DNA of 64,000 nucleotides from Parachlamydiales bacterium (GTDB lineage Bacteria; Chlamydiota; Chlamydiia; Chlamydiales; SM23-39): NCBI GenBank assembly GCA_019694475.1, contig JAIBBX010000001.1, positions 128,001 to 192,000 of the forward strand, read 5' to 3'. Shown piece by piece: positions 63,651 to 64,000 of this stretch (position 1 is its first letter; each line of letters starts with the position of its first letter). The notes under the pieces were generated by a model. It saw only the letters and a program-made list of their open reading frames with translations, ran no database searches and was not told where the DNA came from. The position numbers and the translations under genes were made by a program.

Positions 63651-64000
63651 ATGGCAACAGGCGCAAATCCAGTAGCAGCAATCAACGAGATCCAAAACTT
63701 AGGAATGGATCCACTTAAATTCAACTATCAGCAAGCAATGATCAACCTCGAGAACTTCCTCGGGACATTGAGCGGCGACACAGCTCCAACAGAAACGCAA
63801 GAGTCGGAACTTGCTTCTTTGCTCACTTCTGCAAACGCAGCATACCAAGCTCTTCTCGAAGGTTCTTCTAGCGACCAACTGTACGCTCAAACAGCTGCTG
63901 TTCAAGCAGTATGGGGCGACGGAACAGTAACTCCAAGCGTTGGCGTAATGAACATCTTGATCGACGGAATCGGCAAAGACGGTTCTATGTTGAGCGACGC
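63651..64000 (+). CDS. Hypothetical protein, N-terminal fragment (runs off the window end)
   Basis: My translation from the ATG at 63651 reads MATGANPVAAINEIQNLGMDPLKFNYQQAMINLENFLGTLSGDTAPTETQESELASLL..., open to position 64000. It is not in the ORF track. Codon choice looks strongly biased (GCA/AAC/CTC/GGC). Confidence 0.6.
   Translation, partial: MATGANPVAAINEIQNLGMDPLKFNYQQAMINLENFLGTLSGDTAPTETQESELASLLTSANAAYQALLEGSSSDQLYAQTAAVQAVWGDGTVTPSVGVMNILIDGIGKDGSMLSD

Overview
This 64-kb chromosomal segment looks like an environmental member of the Chlamydiota. That is an inference from gene content: an Npt/Tlc-type ATP/ADP translocase, gatCAB, a Pkn1-type kinase fused to an FGE/SUMF1 domain, a short RodZ-like HTH protein, and several Inc-like proteins with bilobed hydrophobic domains. 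I saw no rRNA, no intact tRNA, no CRISPR array, and no transposase or integrase. There are about 70 protein genes, tightly packed, and many are joined by ATGA/GTGA 4-nt overlaps. Several convergent gene pairs abut or overlap with no visible terminator.

Core blocks:
- An OMF-MFP-RND efflux operon (the RND gene runs off the left edge), then gatCAB.
- rnhC-recN plus an OMP gene.
- A rodZ-like gene, a pkn1-like kinase, an LMW-PTP and an APC-Usp permease.
- A five-gene Opp/Dpp-type ABC importer, split by a 124-bp palindromic element.
- rimO and an rlmI-like gene.
- An MFS sugar porter with class I aldolase (fbaB).
- A methyltransferase, glmS, a Nudix gene and a membrane protein gene.
- The NTT, a HIT protein, a delta-9-type desaturase and an MsrB-like gene.

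Accessory-looking blocks, bounded by AT-rich intergenic DNA:
- 38.5-47.5 kb: an orphan IucA/IucC-like enzyme, umuDC chained to a eukaryote-like type II PI4-kinase homolog, a translationally coupled five-gene operon of secreted/Inc-like/PQ-rich/zinc-ribbon/LOR-like proteins, and a PagL-like deacylase.
- 52-64 kb: an Inc-like gene, an OMP-like gene, cspA, and a two-partner-secretion locus. The locus encodes a 2222-aa TpsA that contains three ~1.44-kb super-repeats.

Other points worth a second look are degenerate catalytic motifs in the kinase (HRD to HGA) and in MsrB (catalytic Cys to Thr). Two genes also have conserved N-termini with no canonical start codon.

All coordinates were hand-counted, and no database search was possible.
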